A DNA stretch of 64,000 nt from the NCBI RefSeq assembly GCF_964204645.1, contig NC_134030.1, positions 14,880,110-14,944,109 on the forward strand, given 5' to 3'. Source of the stretch: Tubulanus polymorphus (Eukaryota; Animalia; Nemertea). The position numbers were made by a program, and so were the translations under genes. Shown here piece after piece: positions 63,031-64,000 of this stretch; the first letter of the stretch is position 1; each line of letters starts with the position of its first letter. Below the pieces are notes generated by a model. It did not search any database, was not told the origin of the DNA, and saw only the letters and a list, made by a program, of their open reading frames with translations.

Positions 63031-64000
63031 ATTTGCAACAGAAAATCAGGCAACATTGCTAAGACACGTAGCACAAAAGATTTGTTTCTTATCCGAAAAT
63101 GAAATTGCTTTTACAAATCGAATACTCCATGAGACCTTACCCTATTTAATAAAGGTGTAGGAATACGATGTTTAGGAGGGTTATAGCGTAATAGGCCTAA
63201 GCCTCATTTGTCCGGATGCTAGGCCTACGCGCATACGTAGGCCAACATAGGCTTAAATGAAGATTTCTTTTAAAAAGCTGTTTGCATTTTCTGACCATTC
63301 GTATAAGCGCAAGAATATCATCAACAATATCACCCCCCCCCCAAAAAAAAAAACTTTGTGACCTCCAAATTTCTCGCTTCTCTTGTACTCCCGTTATATT
63401 GATTCCCTCCATTGGGTGCCTTCAATATCGCTTGCTTGTTTCCACTCCCTCCCTGATTATCTAATGTTCCTTCTCTTTGTTTTCATCTGATTACCCCTTA
63501 GCTTGTACTCACGTTTTCACTTTAGTTTTTGTCTTTTGTTTTATATTACTTTAATACTAATTTATATTACTTATAGTTGCCCCTAGTTTGCCTTTGCTAA
63601 CTTTACTATTGTTTTCCAGCTGTTATGTCATTACTTTCATCTATTCTCCTTTCAACATTTTAATTCGCTTTGTTTCTATTGTATTGGTCTTGTAACGATC
63701 TTCTAATATTCTCCTGTTCTCAAAACGCCTGATGATGGATTATAGTCTAAAAGTCGAAACGTTGCACAAATATAAATACTCTTCTATTCAAGTTTCTCGA
63801 ATTTATTGTGGGATTTCTCTCGTTACTCTTTAAATCATTTATCAGGACTGTGAAGAGAAGGATACTACATTGAGTGACTCCACTAGTTAGATCTACTTAT
63901 TTCCAAGAATAGACAGTTGTGTTGATTTCGGCCCCCTGTTTTCGATCGGAGAAAACAACTGAGCCATTTAAGCGACCCATCATTGATACCATTTCCTAGA

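Overview
Repeat-saturated, AT-rich eukaryotic DNA, almost certainly from an animal (spliceosomal introns, LTR retrotransposons, Helentron-type repeats); no host gene is recognisable. Contents: (1) two related, decayed, very AT-rich Polinton/Maverick (adintovirus-like) endogenous viruses. Element A (<1 to about 11132) has minor capsid, several membrane proteins, major capsid, packaging ATPase and integrase. Element B (20883-31130) has ~50-bp TIRs and a protein-primed PolB interrupted by a LAGLIDADG intein, followed by an internal deletion. (2) A family of hairpin-ended elements with Polinton-type AGTA...TACT termini: one complete 3.37-kb near-palindromic copy with a 6-bp TSD (53847-57218) and one partial copy carrying an HNH nuclease (about 11781-13065). 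(3) A full-length Ty3/Gypsy retrotransposon with a PHD finger inside Pol (14744-20064). (4) A 5'-truncated, intron-containing AcademX DNA transposon. (5) A truncated BEL/Pao element. (6) MITEs, a DINE-1-like element, satellites and a ~3.3-kb inverted duplication. The most notable signals are the polymerase intein, the nested-hairpin satellite element, a near-universal poxvirus-like TAAATG gene start, a capsid gene split at the identical position in both diverged copies, and a conserved structured non-coding motif. Together they suggest (inference only) a virophage-like Polinton with its own satellite. All family calls come from motif recognition by eye; no searches were run.
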